Shown here: one piece after another, positions 37,386-47,989 of the stretch
Position numbering within the stretch: position 1 is the stretch's first letter
Layout of the letters: each line of letters begins with the position of its first letter
NCBI GenBank assembly: GCA_963761335.1
Contig: CAVXGR010000013.1
Location: 288,001-352,000, forward strand
Direction: 5' to 3'
DNA length: 64,000 nucleotides
Source of the DNA: an uncultured delta proteobacterium
GTDB lineage: Bacteria; Desulfobacterota; Binatia; HRBIN30; BPIQ01
Notes under the pieces: model-generated
What the model saw: the letters and a program-made list of their open reading frames with translations, nothing else
Databases searched by the model: none
Told to the model about the DNA's origin: nothing
Position numbers and translations under genes: made by a program

Positions 37386-39236
37386 ATGACCTGGACCAGG
37401 GCGGTGGTCGCCACCGCGACCGCCGCTCTGGTTTTGTACGCATCGCCGCCGACCTGGGCGGCAGCCGCTCGTGGAGCTGCGAGCAGCCCTACTCCGACGG
37501 CGGCGATCTCGCCCGCGCCCACCCCGGCCTTTCGCTTCGCCGAGGTGACCGCCGAGGCCGGGATCGACTATACGCACGGCTTCGCGGCGCCGGCGAATGG
37601 CATCAGCGTCGTCGACATGGTGAGCGGCGGCGTGGCCGCCGGCGACTACGACGGCGATGGCTGGATCGACCTGTATGCCGTCCACGGCAGTCTCGGGCCG
37701 AACCTGCTGCTTCACAACCGTGGCGACGGTACCTTCGAGGAGGTGGCCGCGGCCGCCGGCGTCGGGCTCGCGGGGAGAACCGGCAGCGGTCCGCTGTTCG
37801 GCGATTTCGACGGCGATGGCTGGCTGGATCTCTACGTCGGCTACATCGGCAGGGTCGTGGCCACGCCGACCCTCTTCCGCAACCGCGGCAACGGCACGTT
37901 CGAGGACGTCACCGAGGCGAGCCGGTTCCAGTTCCCTCCGGCGTTCTACATCGGCGCCTCGATGGGCGATTTCGATCGCGACGGCGATCTCGATTTCTTT
38001 CTCACGCAGTGGGACACATTTCTGCCCGACGGCGTTCCTCTGAACCATCTCTGGCGCAACAACGGCGACGGCACCTTCACCTCCATCGGCGCCGGCGTGA
38101 ACGTCACGCCGGCGTTCTTCTCCGGGCTCCAGTTCCACTGGTCGTTCACCGCCAACTTCGCCGACATCAACAACGACGGCTGGCCCGACATCCTGCTGGC
38201 GTCTGACTTCGGAAACAGCCAGATCTTCATCAACGACGGCGACGGGACATTCACCGAGACCACGACCCCGGTGATCAGCGACGAGAACGGCATGGGCGCC
38301 GCGATCGGCGACTACGACAACGACGGCGACCTCGACTGGTTCGTTTCCAGCATCTACGATCCTTCGGGTCTCGGTACCGACGGCGGTCAGAAGACGGACG
38401 GCGTCGGCACCACCGGCAACCGCCTCTACCGCAACCGCGGCGACGGCACCTTCGAGGACGCCACCGACGAGGCCGGCGTGCGCGATGGCAACTGGGGATG
38501 GGGGAGCTGCTTCGCCGATTTCAACAACGACGGCTTCCTCGACATCTTCCACGTCGACGGCTGGGGGATCGAAGGCGGCCGCGACCGCTTCTACGGACGG
38601 CCCTCGCGGCTCTTCATCGCCAACGGCGACGGCACCTTCACCGAGCGCGCCGAGGAGCTCGGGATCGACGACCGCGGCGAGGGCCGTGGCGTCGTCTGCT
38701 TCGACTACGACAACGATGGCGACATCGACATCTTCGTCGCCGACAACGGCCAGCCGCCACACCTCTATCGCAACGAGGGCGGCAATCGTCTGGGCTTCCT
38801 CGACGTCAAGCTCCGCGGTGTGGCGCGGAACTCCGAGGCGATCGGCGCGAGGATCGACGTCACCGCCGCCGGGACGACGCAGATGCGCGAGCTCCGTGCG
38901 GGCAGCAACTACGTCTCCCAAGATCCGGCAATCGCCCACTTCGGCCTCGGCGCCGCCACCTCCGTGGACGAGGTGCGGGTCGTCTGGCCGGACGGCGGCG
39001 CGACCGACCTCCGCGACCTCCCCGCCGATCAGCGCATCACCATCTCGGAGACCAACGCGGATGCGAACTGCGACGGCCGCGTCGGCGCCGCGGACCTGGT
39101 GGCGATCTCGGGGCTCATGCCGGCCGGCCAGCCGGAGCGGTGCGTGTCGGCAGACGTCGACGCCGACAACAGAATCGGAGCCGCCGACCTCGCCCAGGCC
39201 GGGGCGCGCATCTTCGCGGCGGCGGGAGCACCGTAG
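37386..39236 (+). CDS. CRTAC1-like FG-GAP repeat / ASPIC-UnbV protein with C-terminal dockerin-like pair
   Basis: Seven GDxDxDGxxD repeats; NSEAIGARI...GSNYVSQ...HFGLG...WPDG (UnbV); DANCDGRVGAADL and DVDADNRIGAADL. Confidence 0.9.
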   Translation: MTWTRAVVATATAALVLYASPPTWAAAARGAASSPTPTAAISPAPTPAFRFAEVTAEAGIDYTHGFAAPANGISVVDMVSGGVAAGDYDGDGWIDLYAVHGSLGPNLLLHNRGDGTFEEVAAAAGVGLAGRTGSGPLFGDFDGDGWLDLYVGYIGRVVATPTLFRNRGNGTFEDVTEASRFQFPPAFYIGASMGDFDRDGDLDFFLTQWDTFLPDGVPLNHLWRNNGDGTFTSIGAGVNVTPAFFSGLQFHWSFTANFADINNDGWPDILLASDFGNSQIFINDGDGTFTETTTPVISDENGMGAAIGDYDNDGDLDWFVSSIYDPSGLGTDGGQKTDGVGTTGNRLYRNRGDGTFEDATDEAGVRDGNWGWGSCFADFNNDGFLDIFHVDGWGIEGGRDRFYGRPSRLFIANGDGTFTERAEELGIDDRGEGRGVVCFDYDNDGDIDIFVADNGQPPHLYRNEGGNRLGFLDVKLRGVARNSEAIGARIDVTAAGTTQMRELRAGSNYVSQDPAIAHFGLGAATSVDEVRVVWPDGGATDLRDLPADQRITISETNADANCDGRVGAADLVAISGLMPAGQPERCVSADVDADNRIGAADLAQAGARIFAAAGAP

Positions 39237-39256
39237 AGAGCGGCGTCTCGCCGCTC
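39233..39256 (+). repeat. GTAG-type REP palindrome between convergent genes
   Basis: GTAG-AG-AGCGGCG-TCT-CGCCGCT-C. Confidence 0.6.
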
Positions 39257-39563
39257 AGTCGTTGGCGGGATTGCGCATCGCCGGAGTGGGACGAGACAGC
39301 CGCTCCTCCTGCTCGAGGCGGCGCCGGTGAAGCGCGGCGAGCTTGGCGTCGTACGCCTTCAGCTTCTCGCCGATCTCCTGCTGGCGCTTCTTCAAGGCGG
39401 CGTACTTCTCGATCAGCTTGTTCTCCCGGGCGATGATATCGCTCAGGCGATCCGCCGCCGTCTTCTTGCTGCGACTGCAGGCGGGGGCCGCGGCCAGGGC
39501 GCCCAGCACCAGCGCCATCACCAAAACGGCGCGATGGCGCCGCCCCGGCTCGTGCCTACCCAT
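39255..39563 (-). CDS. Small coiled-coil putative lipoprotein
   Basis: Hydrophobic leader ending AAPAC; heptad-rich tail; GAGG RBS directly after typA. Confidence 0.65.
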   Translation of the reverse strand: MGRHEPGRRHRAVLVMALVLGALAAAPACSRSKKTAADRLSDIIARENKLIEKYAALKKRQQEIGEKLKAYDAKLAALHRRRLEQEERLSRPTPAMRNPAND

Positions 39564-39568
39564 CGCGT

Positions 39569-41404
39569 TCAATCCTCGAGGTCGTGGCGCCTGGGGCGAT
39601 CGGACTGCCGCAGGACCTTCTTGCGCAGGCGGATGGACTGCGGCGTCACCTCCACCAGCTCGTCCTCGTCGATCCACTCGATCGCCGCCTCGAGCCCGAC
39701 CTCCCGGTGCGGCGTGATGATGATGTTCTCGTCGCGTCCGGAAGCGCGCATGTTGCTCAGCTTCTTCTCGCGGCAGACGTTCACGTTCAGGTCGTTGTCG
39801 CGCGAGTACTCACCGACGATCATCCCCTCGTAGACCCGTGTTCCCGGCGGGATGAACAGAATGCCGCGCTCCTGCAGGTGGAAGATGGCGTAGGGCGTGG
39901 CCACCCCCTCGCGGTCGGCCACCATGGCGCCGTTGACGCGGGACTGGATGCTGCCCTGCCAGGCGGCCCAGCCGTTGAACAAGGCGTTCGAGATGCCGGT
40001 GCCCCGGGTCTCGGTCAGGAAACGGGAGCGGAAGCCGATGAGCCCGCGAGAGGGCACGGCGAACTCGAGGCGCACGCGACCCGAGCCGTTGTGTGCCATC
40101 TTCATCATCTTGCCGCGGCGGACGGCGAGAAGCTGCGAGACCACACCGATATGCTCCTCGGGAACATCGACGACCAGCAGCTCCATGGGCTCGTGGACGA
40201 CCCCGTCGATATCTCTGGTGACTACGGTGGGCTTCGACACCTGCGCCTCGTAGCCCTCCCGGCGCATGGTCTCGATCAGGATGGAGAGCTGCAGCTCGCC
40301 GCGGCCGGTGACGCGCAGTGCCTCCGGCGCGTCGGTGTCCTCGATGCGCAGGCTGACGTTCTTGCGCTGCTCGTAGGCGAGCCGCTCGCGCAGCTTGCGC
40401 GAGGTGACGTACTGCCCCTCGCGTCCCGCCCACGGCGAGGCGTTGGCGGAAAAGATCATGGCGATGGTCGGCTCGTCGACGCGGATCGCCGGCATCGGCA
40501 CCGGTCGCTCGCGATCGGCAATGGTGTCGCCGATGTGGATGTCCTCGATGCCGGCGATGGCGACGATGTCACCGGCGGCCACCGCGTCGACCTCGGAACG
40601 CTTCAGGCCGCGCCAGTTGTACATCTGCACGATCTTCACCGGCTGCTGCCCACCGTCGGCGCGGCACAGGGTATAGGTGCCGCCCGCTTCCAGCGAGCCG
40701 TTCTTCAGCCGGCCAATGGCCAGGCGCCCAACGTAGTCGTTGTAGTCGAGGTTGTTCACCTGGAACTGCGTCCCCTGCGCGGGGTCGACGAGTGGCCCCG
40801 GCAGCGCCGCCAGAATCAGATCGAAGAGGCAGCGGAGATCTTCGGCGGGATCGTTCAGGTCGCGGGTCGCCGTGCCGGCGCGCGCGTTGGTGTAGACGAC
40901 CGGAAAATCGAGCTGCTCCTCACTGGCGTCGAGGTCGATGAAGAGGTCGTAGATCTCGTCGAGAACGGCGCTGATGCGCGCGTCGGGGCGGTCGATCTTG
41001 TTGATACATACGATCGGCGGCAGCCCCGCCTCGAGGGCCTTCTTGAGGACGAAGCGCGTCTGCGGCAAGGGCCCCTCGGAGGCGTCGACAAGAAGCACGA
41101 TGCCGTCCACCATCGCCAGGGTGCGCTCGACCTCGCCGCCGAAGTCGGCGTGCCCGGGGGTGTCGACGATGTTGATCTTCACCGCCCCGTACTCGATCGC
41201 GGTGTTCTTCGCCAGAATGGTGATGCCGCGTTCGCGCTCGAGCGCGAACGAGTCCATCACCCGTTCCTGCACCTGCTCGTTGACGCGGAAGATGCCGCTC
41301 TGGTGCAACATGGCGTCCACCAGCGTCGTCTTGCCGTGGTCGACGTGAGCAATGATGGCGACGTTGCGAATGTCGCCGCGCCGTTGCGGAGTCGTTTCTG
41401 TCAT
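39569..41404 (-). CDS. typA: Translational GTPase TypA/BipA
   Basis: [38 protein letters not shown] and GRGELQL motifs. Confidence 0.97.
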   Translation of the reverse strand: MTETTPQRRGDIRNVAIIAHVDHGKTTLVDAMLHQSGIFRVNEQVQERVMDSFALERERGITILAKNTAIEYGAVKINIVDTPGHADFGGEVERTLAMVDGIVLLVDASEGPLPQTRFVLKKALEAGLPPIVCINKIDRPDARISAVLDEIYDLFIDLDASEEQLDFPVVYTNARAGTATRDLNDPAEDLRCLFDLILAALPGPLVDPAQGTQFQVNNLDYNDYVGRLAIGRLKNGSLEAGGTYTLCRADGGQQPVKIVQMYNWRGLKRSEVDAVAAGDIVAIAGIEDIHIGDTIADRERPVPMPAIRVDEPTIAMIFSANASPWAGREGQYVTSRKLRERLAYEQRKNVSLRIEDTDAPEALRVTGRGELQLSILIETMRREGYEAQVSKPTVVTRDIDGVVHEPMELLVVDVPEEHIGVVSQLLAVRRGKMMKMAHNGSGRVRLEFAVPSRGLIGFRSRFLTETRGTGISNALFNGWAAWQGSIQSRVNGAMVADREGVATPYAIFHLQERGILFIPPGTRVYEGMIVGEYSRDNDLNVNVCREKKLSNMRASGRDENIIITPHREVGLEAAIEWIDEDELVEVTPQSIRLRKKVLRQSDRPRRHDLED

Positions 41405-41468
41405 GGGGGTTGCAGCGCCAGAAGCGCCGCGAGAAGGCGATCGGTGGTGCGCCTCGCCAACTGGGAGC

Positions 41469-42473
41469 TTACTCGACCTCCACCTCGAAGCCGAGCTCGG
41501 CGATCATGCGATGCGCCTCGCTGGCGTGCTGCCCGGGGGTCGTCAGATAGCCCTCGATAAAAATGGAGTTCGCCACGTAGAGAGCCAACGACTGGAACCA
41601 GCCGAGGTTCAGCTCGCGACCGCCGGCGACGCGGATCTCGGCGCCGGGATGCGCGAAGCGGAACATGCTGAGCGCCTTGAGGCAGCGCGGTGGTGTCAGC
41701 TCCCGGCGGCTGTCGAGAGGAGTGCCCTCGATCGGGTGCAGGAAGTTCACCGGAAGCGAGTCGACCTGCAGATCCCGCAGGGCGACGGCGACGTCGATCA
41801 GGTCCTCGTCCGTCTCCCCCATGCCGACGATGGCGCCGCAGCAGGTGTGCATGCCCACCCGACGCACGTTGCGCACCGTTTCCACGCGGTCGGCATAGGT
41901 GTGGGTGGTGCAGATCTCGGGATAGAAACGCGAGCTGGTGTTGAGATTGTGATTGATCCAGCCGACGCCGGCATCCGCGAGGGCACGCGCCTGTGGCTCG
42001 CTGGTGAGTCCCAGGGAAAGGCAGATCTCCAGATCGGGGAACTCGCTCTTGATCCTGCGGGTCACCGCCGCCAGGTGATCGACGTCGCGGGCGCTGGGGC
42101 CGCGGCCACTGGTCACCATGCAGTAGCGGCGCGCCCCGCGCTCGACGGCGGTGCGCGCCCCGGCGAGGAGCTCTTCCGCCGACTGCAGGCGGTACTTGGG
42201 GATAGCGGCGCTCGACACCGACGACTGCGAGCAGTAGCCACAGTCCTCCGGGCAGAGACCGCTGCGGGCGTTGCGCAGCTGGCAGAGCTTCACCCGCCGG
42301 CCCCAGAAGTGGCGGCGCAGGCGAAACGCGGACCACAGCACCTCGGTCAGCCGCTCATCCGGCGCTTCCAGGAGGGCGCGCAGATCGGCGCGTGACGCCG
42401 GCGCGCCGTCCAGGACGCGCGAGGCGAGCTCGTCGAACGACGAATTCGCCGGATGCTGTTCGCAGGCGAGCAT
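41469..42473 (-). CDS. bioB: Biotin synthase
   Basis: [11 protein letters not shown] radical SAM motif; HNLNT, CCG.IVGMGE, PVNFL, AGGRE and ANSIF motifs. Confidence 0.95.
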   Translation of the reverse strand: MLACEQHPANSSFDELASRVLDGAPASRADLRALLEAPDERLTEVLWSAFRLRRHFWGRRVKLCQLRNARSGLCPEDCGYCSQSSVSSAAIPKYRLQSAEELLAGARTAVERGARRYCMVTSGRGPSARDVDHLAAVTRRIKSEFPDLEICLSLGLTSEPQARALADAGVGWINHNLNTSSRFYPEICTTHTYADRVETVRNVRRVGMHTCCGAIVGMGETDEDLIDVAVALRDLQVDSLPVNFLHPIEGTPLDSRRELTPPRCLKALSMFRFAHPGAEIRVAGGRELNLGWFQSLALYVANSIFIEGYLTTPGQHASEAHRMIAELGFEVEVE

Positions 42474-42546
42474 AACCCTGGACAAATAGCCGATCCGGCG
42501 CGGTCAGTCTACGGGGGCATCGCCTCTCCCCCTCCGCGGCAGCGCC

Positions 42547-42954
42547 TCACAGCCGCAGCCAGACGAGAGCGGCGCCGTCCTCGCCGCCCGGATCGAGCTG
42601 TCGCTCGAAGCGCTCCACCCAGCGGGCACCGTCGTGCTCGAGCCAGTGGGGAACCACCTGCCGCAGTACACCGCGGCCGCCGGGGCTTCGCCGGCCCTTG
42701 CCGTAGACGATGCGCACCGCCGGTTCACCGCCCTGCGCCGCGGTGCGGATGAAGAGCTCCGTCTGCTCGAGGGCCTCCTTCACCCCGAGGCCGTGCAGGT
42801 CGAGGGTCGGGTAGATCCCGAGGAGAGATCGCAGCCAGCGGCGCAGCGCAGCGCCGAGGCCCTCACCTGCCGGTGGCCTCGACGTGGTACTGCCGTACCT
42901 CCGGGCGATTCTCGAGAGTGGCGCTGAAGGTCGCCACTCCGCCGCCCGCCGCAA
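42547..42954 (-). CDS. Stand-alone Smr/MutS2 domain protein (start uncertain)
   Basis: LDLHG, IVYGKG..S...GVLR and GGEDGA motifs. Confidence 0.8.
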   Translation of the reverse strand: MRRAAEWRPSAPLSRIARRYGSTTSRPPAGEGLGAALRRWLRSLLGIYPTLDLHGLGVKEALEQTELFIRTAAQGGEPAVRIVYGKGRRSPGGRGVLRQVVPHWLEHDGARWVERFERQLDPGGEDGAALVWLRL

Positions 42955-43285
42955 TTCTCTCCGTGCTCGGCGTGGCCAGTGTGCTCAGCACTGCCTTGCC
43001 GGCGGCGTCGAGCGCCTGCACCTCGACGCGGAGCTCCGAGGTCGGCCGCGTGCCGCGGTTGATCACCATGCCGGTGACCGTGACCCTCTGGCGATCCTCG
43101 CTGCGGGTCTCGTCCAGACCGGAAATCTCCAGCATCAGCTTGCCCGCGGGCGGCAGCGGCTCTTCATAGAAGAGCTTGGCCGCAGGCGGCGGCACGACCG
43201 GTGGCGGCGCCGGCGCCGGAGCCGGAGCCGCACAGGCGGCGAGCAGGAAGGCCGAAGCGATGGGAAGCAGGGCGCGGCGGCGCAT
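42863..43285 (-). CDS. Lipoprotein with FxLYD-like Ig domain
   Basis: Lipobox LAAC; Pro-rich linker; VTGMVINRG...VEVQALDAAG. Confidence 0.75.
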   Translation of the reverse strand: MRRRALLPIASAFLLAACAAPAPAPAPPPVVPPPAAKLFYEEPLPPAGKLMLEISGLDETRSEDRQRVTVTGMVINRGTRPTSELRVEVQALDAAGKAVLSTLATPSTERIAAGGGVATFSATLENRPEVRQYHVEATGR

Positions 43286-43293
43286 CGCCAGGC

Positions 43294-43908
43294 TCAGCGC
43301 GGAGCGATCGGGGCCGATGCCGTGCCCGCACCGGCAGGCGCGCTCGAGCACTCCTCGAGGTCGGCCCGCGTGAAGATCGGCTGTACCGGAATGGCCGAGC
43401 CCACCTCGCCGCGGATCGCCTCCACCCCCCCTTCCTGACGGTCGACGAGCAGGATGACGCCGGCGATGATCAGCTCCGCGTCGCGACAGCGGCGCACGGC
43501 CTCGATGGTGGAGCCTCCCGTGGTGGCGACATCGTCGACGACCACCACCCGCGAGCCCGCTCCGAGCTGCCCCTCGAGCCATTTGCTGAGACCGTGCTTC
43601 TTGGGCTCCTTGCGGATCGAGAACGCCTCGATGTGACGCCCCCGCGTCTCCAGAAAGTACGCAGTGGCCAGGGCGATCGGATCCGCCCCCATGGTCATGC
43701 CGCCGATGCCGGCGGCGTCCGCCGGCACGTGCTCGGCGAACAGCTGGCCGATCAGCGGCATGGCGGCGGAGTGCAGCGTCGTCACTCGGCAGTCGATGTA
43801 GGTGTCGCTCAGCTTCCCCGAGGCCAGGCGGAAGCTGCCCGGGGCACCGCGCCGATAGGAGCGCTCGACGAGCATGCGGATCAGGCTTTCTCTCGTCTCT
43901 CCGGCCAT
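43294..43908 (-). CDS. pyrE: Orotate phosphoribosyltransferase
   Basis: FRLASGK.S..YID, RKEPKKHG and VVDDVATTGGS motifs. Confidence 0.95.
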   Translation of the reverse strand: MAGETRESLIRMLVERSYRRGAPGSFRLASGKLSDTYIDCRVTTLHSAAMPLIGQLFAEHVPADAAGIGGMTMGADPIALATAYFLETRGRHIEAFSIRKEPKKHGLSKWLEGQLGAGSRVVVVDDVATTGGSTIEAVRRCRDAELIIAGVILLVDRQEGGVEAIRGEVGSAIPVQPIFTRADLEECSSAPAGAGTASAPIAPR

Positions 43909-43982
43909 CGGCAACCTGCCTCCCTTTATGTCGTGGCGAGGAACGCTGCAAGCCGGGAGGCCGGAGGGGACGGATCCCCTCC

Positions 43983-45614
43983 TCAATAGCCGATGGCGCA
44001 GCCGTCCTTGCGGAAGTCGGAGCCTCCCCAGTAAACCCGGTTGCCAGGCTCGATGACGATTCCCTGGCCGCCGCCAAAGCCGCCGCGGAACAGCGCCGCG
44101 CTTTCGTCCTCGACCCGGTGCCCGCGTTCGGCCAGGCCGCTCCGCGCCTGGGGCGGGCAGCCGTCCTCGACGGCGACGCGGACCCCGCCGAGACAGTGGA
44201 AACGCGGATAGTCGAGGGCCTCCTGAATGTTGAGACCGCCGTCGACGAGATTGGAGACGACTTGAAGATGGCCTTGCGCCTGCATCTCGCCACCCATGAC
44301 CCCGAAGGAGACCAGCGGGCGGCCCGCGGCGAACAGCATCGCCGGAATGATGGTGTGCAGCGGCCGCTTGCGGGGGCTGAGGCAGTTGGCATGGCCCGGG
44401 TCGAGCACGAATCCGTGGCCGCGGTTCTGCAGGGCAATGCCGGTGTCGCCAGCGACGACGCCCGAGCCGAAGGGGCCGTACAGGCTGTTGATCAGCGAGA
44501 CGACGTTGCCCGCGGCATCGGCGGTGGTGAGATAGACGGTGTCGGCGCCGCCGTGGACTGTACCCGGCTTGGCCGGAGACAGGACGCGCCGCGGCTGGAT
44601 GAGCGCGGCGCGACCCTGGGCATAGTCCTTGGACAACAGCTCCGCCGTGGGCACGCCGGCGTGTCGCGGATCGGCGATGTAGCGATCGCGATCGGCGAGC
44701 GCCAGCTTCATCGACTCGACGCGCAGATGCCAGATCTCTGCCGCATCCACCTGGTGCGCGCCGAGATCGAAGTTCTCGAGGATGTTCAGGGCGATCAGTG
44801 CGGCCAGCCCCTGGCCATTCGGCGGAATCTCGTACAGCCGGTAGCCGCGGTAGTCCGTCGAGATCGGCTCCACCCACTCGGAGCGGTGCGCCGCCAGATC
44901 CTCGCCGGCGAGAAGCCCGCCGTTGCTCTGCGAGAAGGCGGAGATGCGCTCGGCCAGCTCGCCGAGGTAGAAGACGTCGCGTCCCCCTTCGGCGAGGCAC
45001 CGCATGCTCTGCGCCAGCTCGGGCAGGCGCACAACCGATCCCAGCCGCGGCGCCTCACCGTCGACCGAGAAGACTCGCTGCGCCTCGGTGTTCTGCAGCA
45101 CCCCGGCACGGCAGATCATCTCCCATTGGTAGGCAATGATCTCGGTCACCGCGAAGCCATCCTCGGCGTAGCCGATGGCGGGCGCGAGGGCTTGGCCGAG
45201 CGACATGGTGCCGAAGCGCTCCAGCGCCTGATGCCAGGCGTCCACCGCCCCCGGCACGGTGACGGACAGCAGCCCGTGGAGCGGCACTTCGTCGAAGCCG
45301 CGGGAGCGCAGCGCCTCGACACTGGCGGCCGCCGGCGCCGCGCCGCTGCCGTTGAGCCCGTGGAGGCGCCGCTCCGACTCGTTCCAGAAAAGCAGGAAGC
45401 AGTCGCCGCCGATGCCGGTGCTGAACGGCTCGGCGACGCCAAGGACTGCAGCCGCGGTGATCGCCGCATCCATGGCGTTGCCGCCGCGGCGCAGGCAATC
45501 GAGCCCGGCCGCCGAGGCCAGCGGTTGGCTGGTGCACACCATGCCGCGCCGCCCCAGGGCCATCGAGCGCTGGCTGCGAAATCCGTCGCGCCGGTTGCGC
45601 CTGGTGTCGAGCAA
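43983..45614 (-). CDS. ggt: Gamma-glutamyltransferase family, cytoplasmic (YwrD-like)
   Basis: GGNAMDAA, GIGGD, VPGAV, DTVY (Thr nucleophile), RPLHTIIP and GVMGG motifs; TTG start. Confidence 0.9.
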   Translation of the reverse strand: MLDTRRNRRDGFRSQRSMALGRRGMVCTSQPLASAAGLDCLRRGGNAMDAAITAAAVLGVAEPFSTGIGGDCFLLFWNESERRLHGLNGSGAAPAAASVEALRSRGFDEVPLHGLLSVTVPGAVDAWHQALERFGTMSLGQALAPAIGYAEDGFAVTEIIAYQWEMICRAGVLQNTEAQRVFSVDGEAPRLGSVVRLPELAQSMRCLAEGGRDVFYLGELAERISAFSQSNGGLLAGEDLAAHRSEWVEPISTDYRGYRLYEIPPNGQGLAALIALNILENFDLGAHQVDAAEIWHLRVESMKLALADRDRYIADPRHAGVPTAELLSKDYAQGRAALIQPRRVLSPAKPGTVHGGADTVYLTTADAAGNVVSLINSLYGPFGSGVVAGDTGIALQNRGHGFVLDPGHANCLSPRKRPLHTIIPAMLFAAGRPLVSFGVMGGEMQAQGHLQVVSNLVDGGLNIQEALDYPRFHCLGGVRVAVEDGCPPQARSGLAERGHRVEDESAALFRGGFGGGQGIVIEPGNRVYWGGSDFRKDGCAIGY

Positions 45615-45625
45615 CGTCCCGGACC

Positions 45626-46720
45626 TCAGTCGTCGTGGATGGAGTACGCTACCCCGTCGCGCTTCAGCGCATCGAGGAACGGGCGCGGCTCCAGCACCAG
45701 CGCCGGCGGCAGCACGCCGGCCGCCGCGAAGCCCGAGCGCAACATCATTTCGGCGCCGTTCACGGCGATGGTGGCGCTGAGCCCGTAGGGATCCGCTCCG
45801 GAGACGAGAACGCGGCGGGCATGTGCCCGGCCGTCGCGGATTCCACGCACGTCGATGGCGATCTGAAAGCGATCGCCGCTGCGCACCCTCTCGTCCGGGC
45901 CGTTGCCATTGGCGCCCCGCCAGCGCTCCAGCAGCGTCGCCGCCACCGACGCGGTCGCCGGCAGCAAGGGCCTGAGAAAAGACAGCGCTCCCACCACCGC
46001 GCGCGGCAGCACCATGAAGGTCCGCACCTCCCGCACCTTCTCGTGCATCGGCACGGTGACCACCTCGGCGCTCGGGAAGCTCATCGCTCGGGCGCGCCCG
46101 ATCGGGGGCGGGAAGTCGACGTCGATCTGCTGCGCCGCCAGCGGCTCCGCCACCCAATGGCCGCTCAGATAGGCGTAGCCCTCGCTCTGCAGCATGCGCA
46201 GCATCGTCCGCCGCGTCCCGGCGCTGGTGTGCATCGGTGCCTCGTAGGTAACGTGCACCGACTGCAGCTCAGCGAACCCTTCGGCGCCGATCGACACGGC
46301 GCAGTCGGCCAGCGCCACCTCGAACGCCATCGCCGGTGCGACCGCCACCTTCTGGCGCTTCGCCGCGCCGTCGTGCGCCCGAATCTTCATGATGTACGGC
46401 TGCTCGCCGGTGGTGTCCAGGTAGTGGGCTCCGTGCTCGATCGCCGCCTGCACCACCGGCTCGCCCAGGTCGATGAACGGCCCGGCGCAGTTGATGATGA
46501 CGCTGCTGCTACTCGCCAGCCGCACCAGCGACTGCGGATGCGTGGCATCGGCAATCAGGGTCTCGACGTTGCCGAAGGCGGCACTGACCTCCTGCAGCTT
46601 GGCGGCGCGCCGGCCGGCGATCGCAAACCGATGGCCGCGGCGGTTCAGCTCGGCGGCGACCAACCGGCCGGTGTAGCCGGTGCCACCCATCACGGTGATG
46701 ACGCGGTCGATGCCTTCCAT
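45626..46720 (-). CDS. Saccharopine dehydrogenase-like / trans-acting enoyl reductase family
   Basis: GGTGYTG, AGR, NCAGPF...GEPVV and YLDTTGE motifs. Confidence 0.88.
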   Translation of the reverse strand: MEGIDRVITVMGGTGYTGRLVAAELNRRGHRFAIAGRRAAKLQEVSAAFGNVETLIADATHPQSLVRLASSSSVIINCAGPFIDLGEPVVQAAIEHGAHYLDTTGEQPYIMKIRAHDGAAKRQKVAVAPAMAFEVALADCAVSIGAEGFAELQSVHVTYEAPMHTSAGTRRTMLRMLQSEGYAYLSGHWVAEPLAAQQIDVDFPPPIGRARAMSFPSAEVVTVPMHEKVREVRTFMVLPRAVVGALSFLRPLLPATASVAATLLERWRGANGNGPDERVRSGDRFQIAIDVRGIRDGRAHARRVLVSGADPYGLSATIAVNGAEMMLRSGFAAAGVLPPALVLEPRPFLDALKRDGVAYSIHDD

Positions 46721-46729
46721 TGCCTGCCG

Positions 46730-47959
46730 TCAGATGTCGAGCAACAGGCGGCTGGGGTCTTCCAGCCGCTCCTTGACGCGCACCAGGAAGGTCACCGCCT
46801 GCTCACCGTCCACCAGGCGGTGATCATACGACAGCGCCACGTACATCATCGGCCGCGCCACGATCTCGTCACCGATCACCACCGGCCGCTTCTCGATCTT
46901 GTGCATGCCGAGAATTCCGCTCTGCGGCAGATTGAGAATGGGCGTCGACAGCAGCGAGCCGAACACGCCTCCGTTGGTGATGCTGAAGGTGCCGCCGCTC
47001 AGCTCGTCGACACTCAGCTTGCCCTCGCGGGCGCGCTTCGCCAGGCGCTCGATCTCCTTTTCGATCTCCGCAAACGAGAGCCCCTGGGCGTCGCGCACCA
47101 CCGGCACCACCAGACCGCGAGGCGAGGCGACGGCGATGCCGAGATGCACCCGCTTCTTGTAGACGATGTCGGTATCGCGAATTTCGGCATTGAGCGCGGG
47201 GACCTCGCGCAGCGCCTGCACGCAGGAGCGGGCGAAGAACGACATGAAGCCGAGCGACACACCGTGCGCCTGGGCGAAGGCCTCCTTGTGTCGCCGCCGC
47301 AGCTCCATCACCGCACTCATGTCGATCTCGTTGAAGGTGGTGAGAATCGCCGCCGATTGCTGGGCCTGGAGGAGGCGCTCGGCAATCCGCCGGCGGATCG
47401 GCGTCATCGGCACCCGCTCCTCGCCGTCGGCGACGCTGGCCCGGGCCGCCCGCGGGGCGGTTTCCGGCGCCGCCTGTGGAGCCGGCGGGCGCTCCGGACG
47501 CGGCAGGATCTCACCGACATGCTCGAGCACATCCGCCCGGGTGACCCGGCCGCCGCGGCCGCTGCCGCGCAGCGCCTCGGTGTCCACCCCGTGCTCCTCG
47601 GCCAGCCGGCGCGCCAGCGGGCTCACACGTGCCGCCTTGTCCGCTTCCGGCGCCGCGGGCGCCGCCGGTGGGGGCGCGGCCTTGGGCGGTTCCTGGGTCT
47701 TGCGCACCGCCGCCGGCTTGGCCGCCGAGGCGCCATCGGCGATCTCGCCGACCACCTCGCCGACGCGCACTTTCTCGCCTTCGTTCTTCAGGATGTGCAG
47801 CACGCCTGCCCGCTCGGCCGGGATCTCGACGCTGGCCTTCTCCGTCTCCAGCTCGAGCAGCGGCTCGTCGGCTTGCACGGCATCGCCGTCGCCCTTCATC
47901 CAGCGGACAATGACCGCCTCGGTGATCGACTCCCCCAATGTGGGGATGGTTACCTGCAT
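46730..47959 (-). CDS. sucB: 2-oxoglutarate dehydrogenase E2 (dihydrolipoyl succinyltransferase)
   Basis: Lipoyl domain ELETEKA, E3-binding domain, [14 protein letters not shown] and DHRLVDG motifs. Confidence 0.96.
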   Translation of the reverse strand: MQVTIPTLGESITEAVIVRWMKGDGDAVQADEPLLELETEKASVEIPAERAGVLHILKNEGEKVRVGEVVGEIADGASAAKPAAVRKTQEPPKAAPPPAAPAAPEADKAARVSPLARRLAEEHGVDTEALRGSGRGGRVTRADVLEHVGEILPRPERPPAPQAAPETAPRAARASVADGEERVPMTPIRRRIAERLLQAQQSAAILTTFNEIDMSAVMELRRRHKEAFAQAHGVSLGFMSFFARSCVQALREVPALNAEIRDTDIVYKKRVHLGIAVASPRGLVVPVVRDAQGLSFAEIEKEIERLAKRAREGKLSVDELSGGTFSITNGGVFGSLLSTPILNLPQSGILGMHKIEKRPVVIGDEIVARPMMYVALSYDHRLVDGEQAVTFLVRVKERLEDPSRLLLDI

Positions 47960-47989
47960 GGGTCTCCTTCGCGGCTGCCGGCGCGGCGC

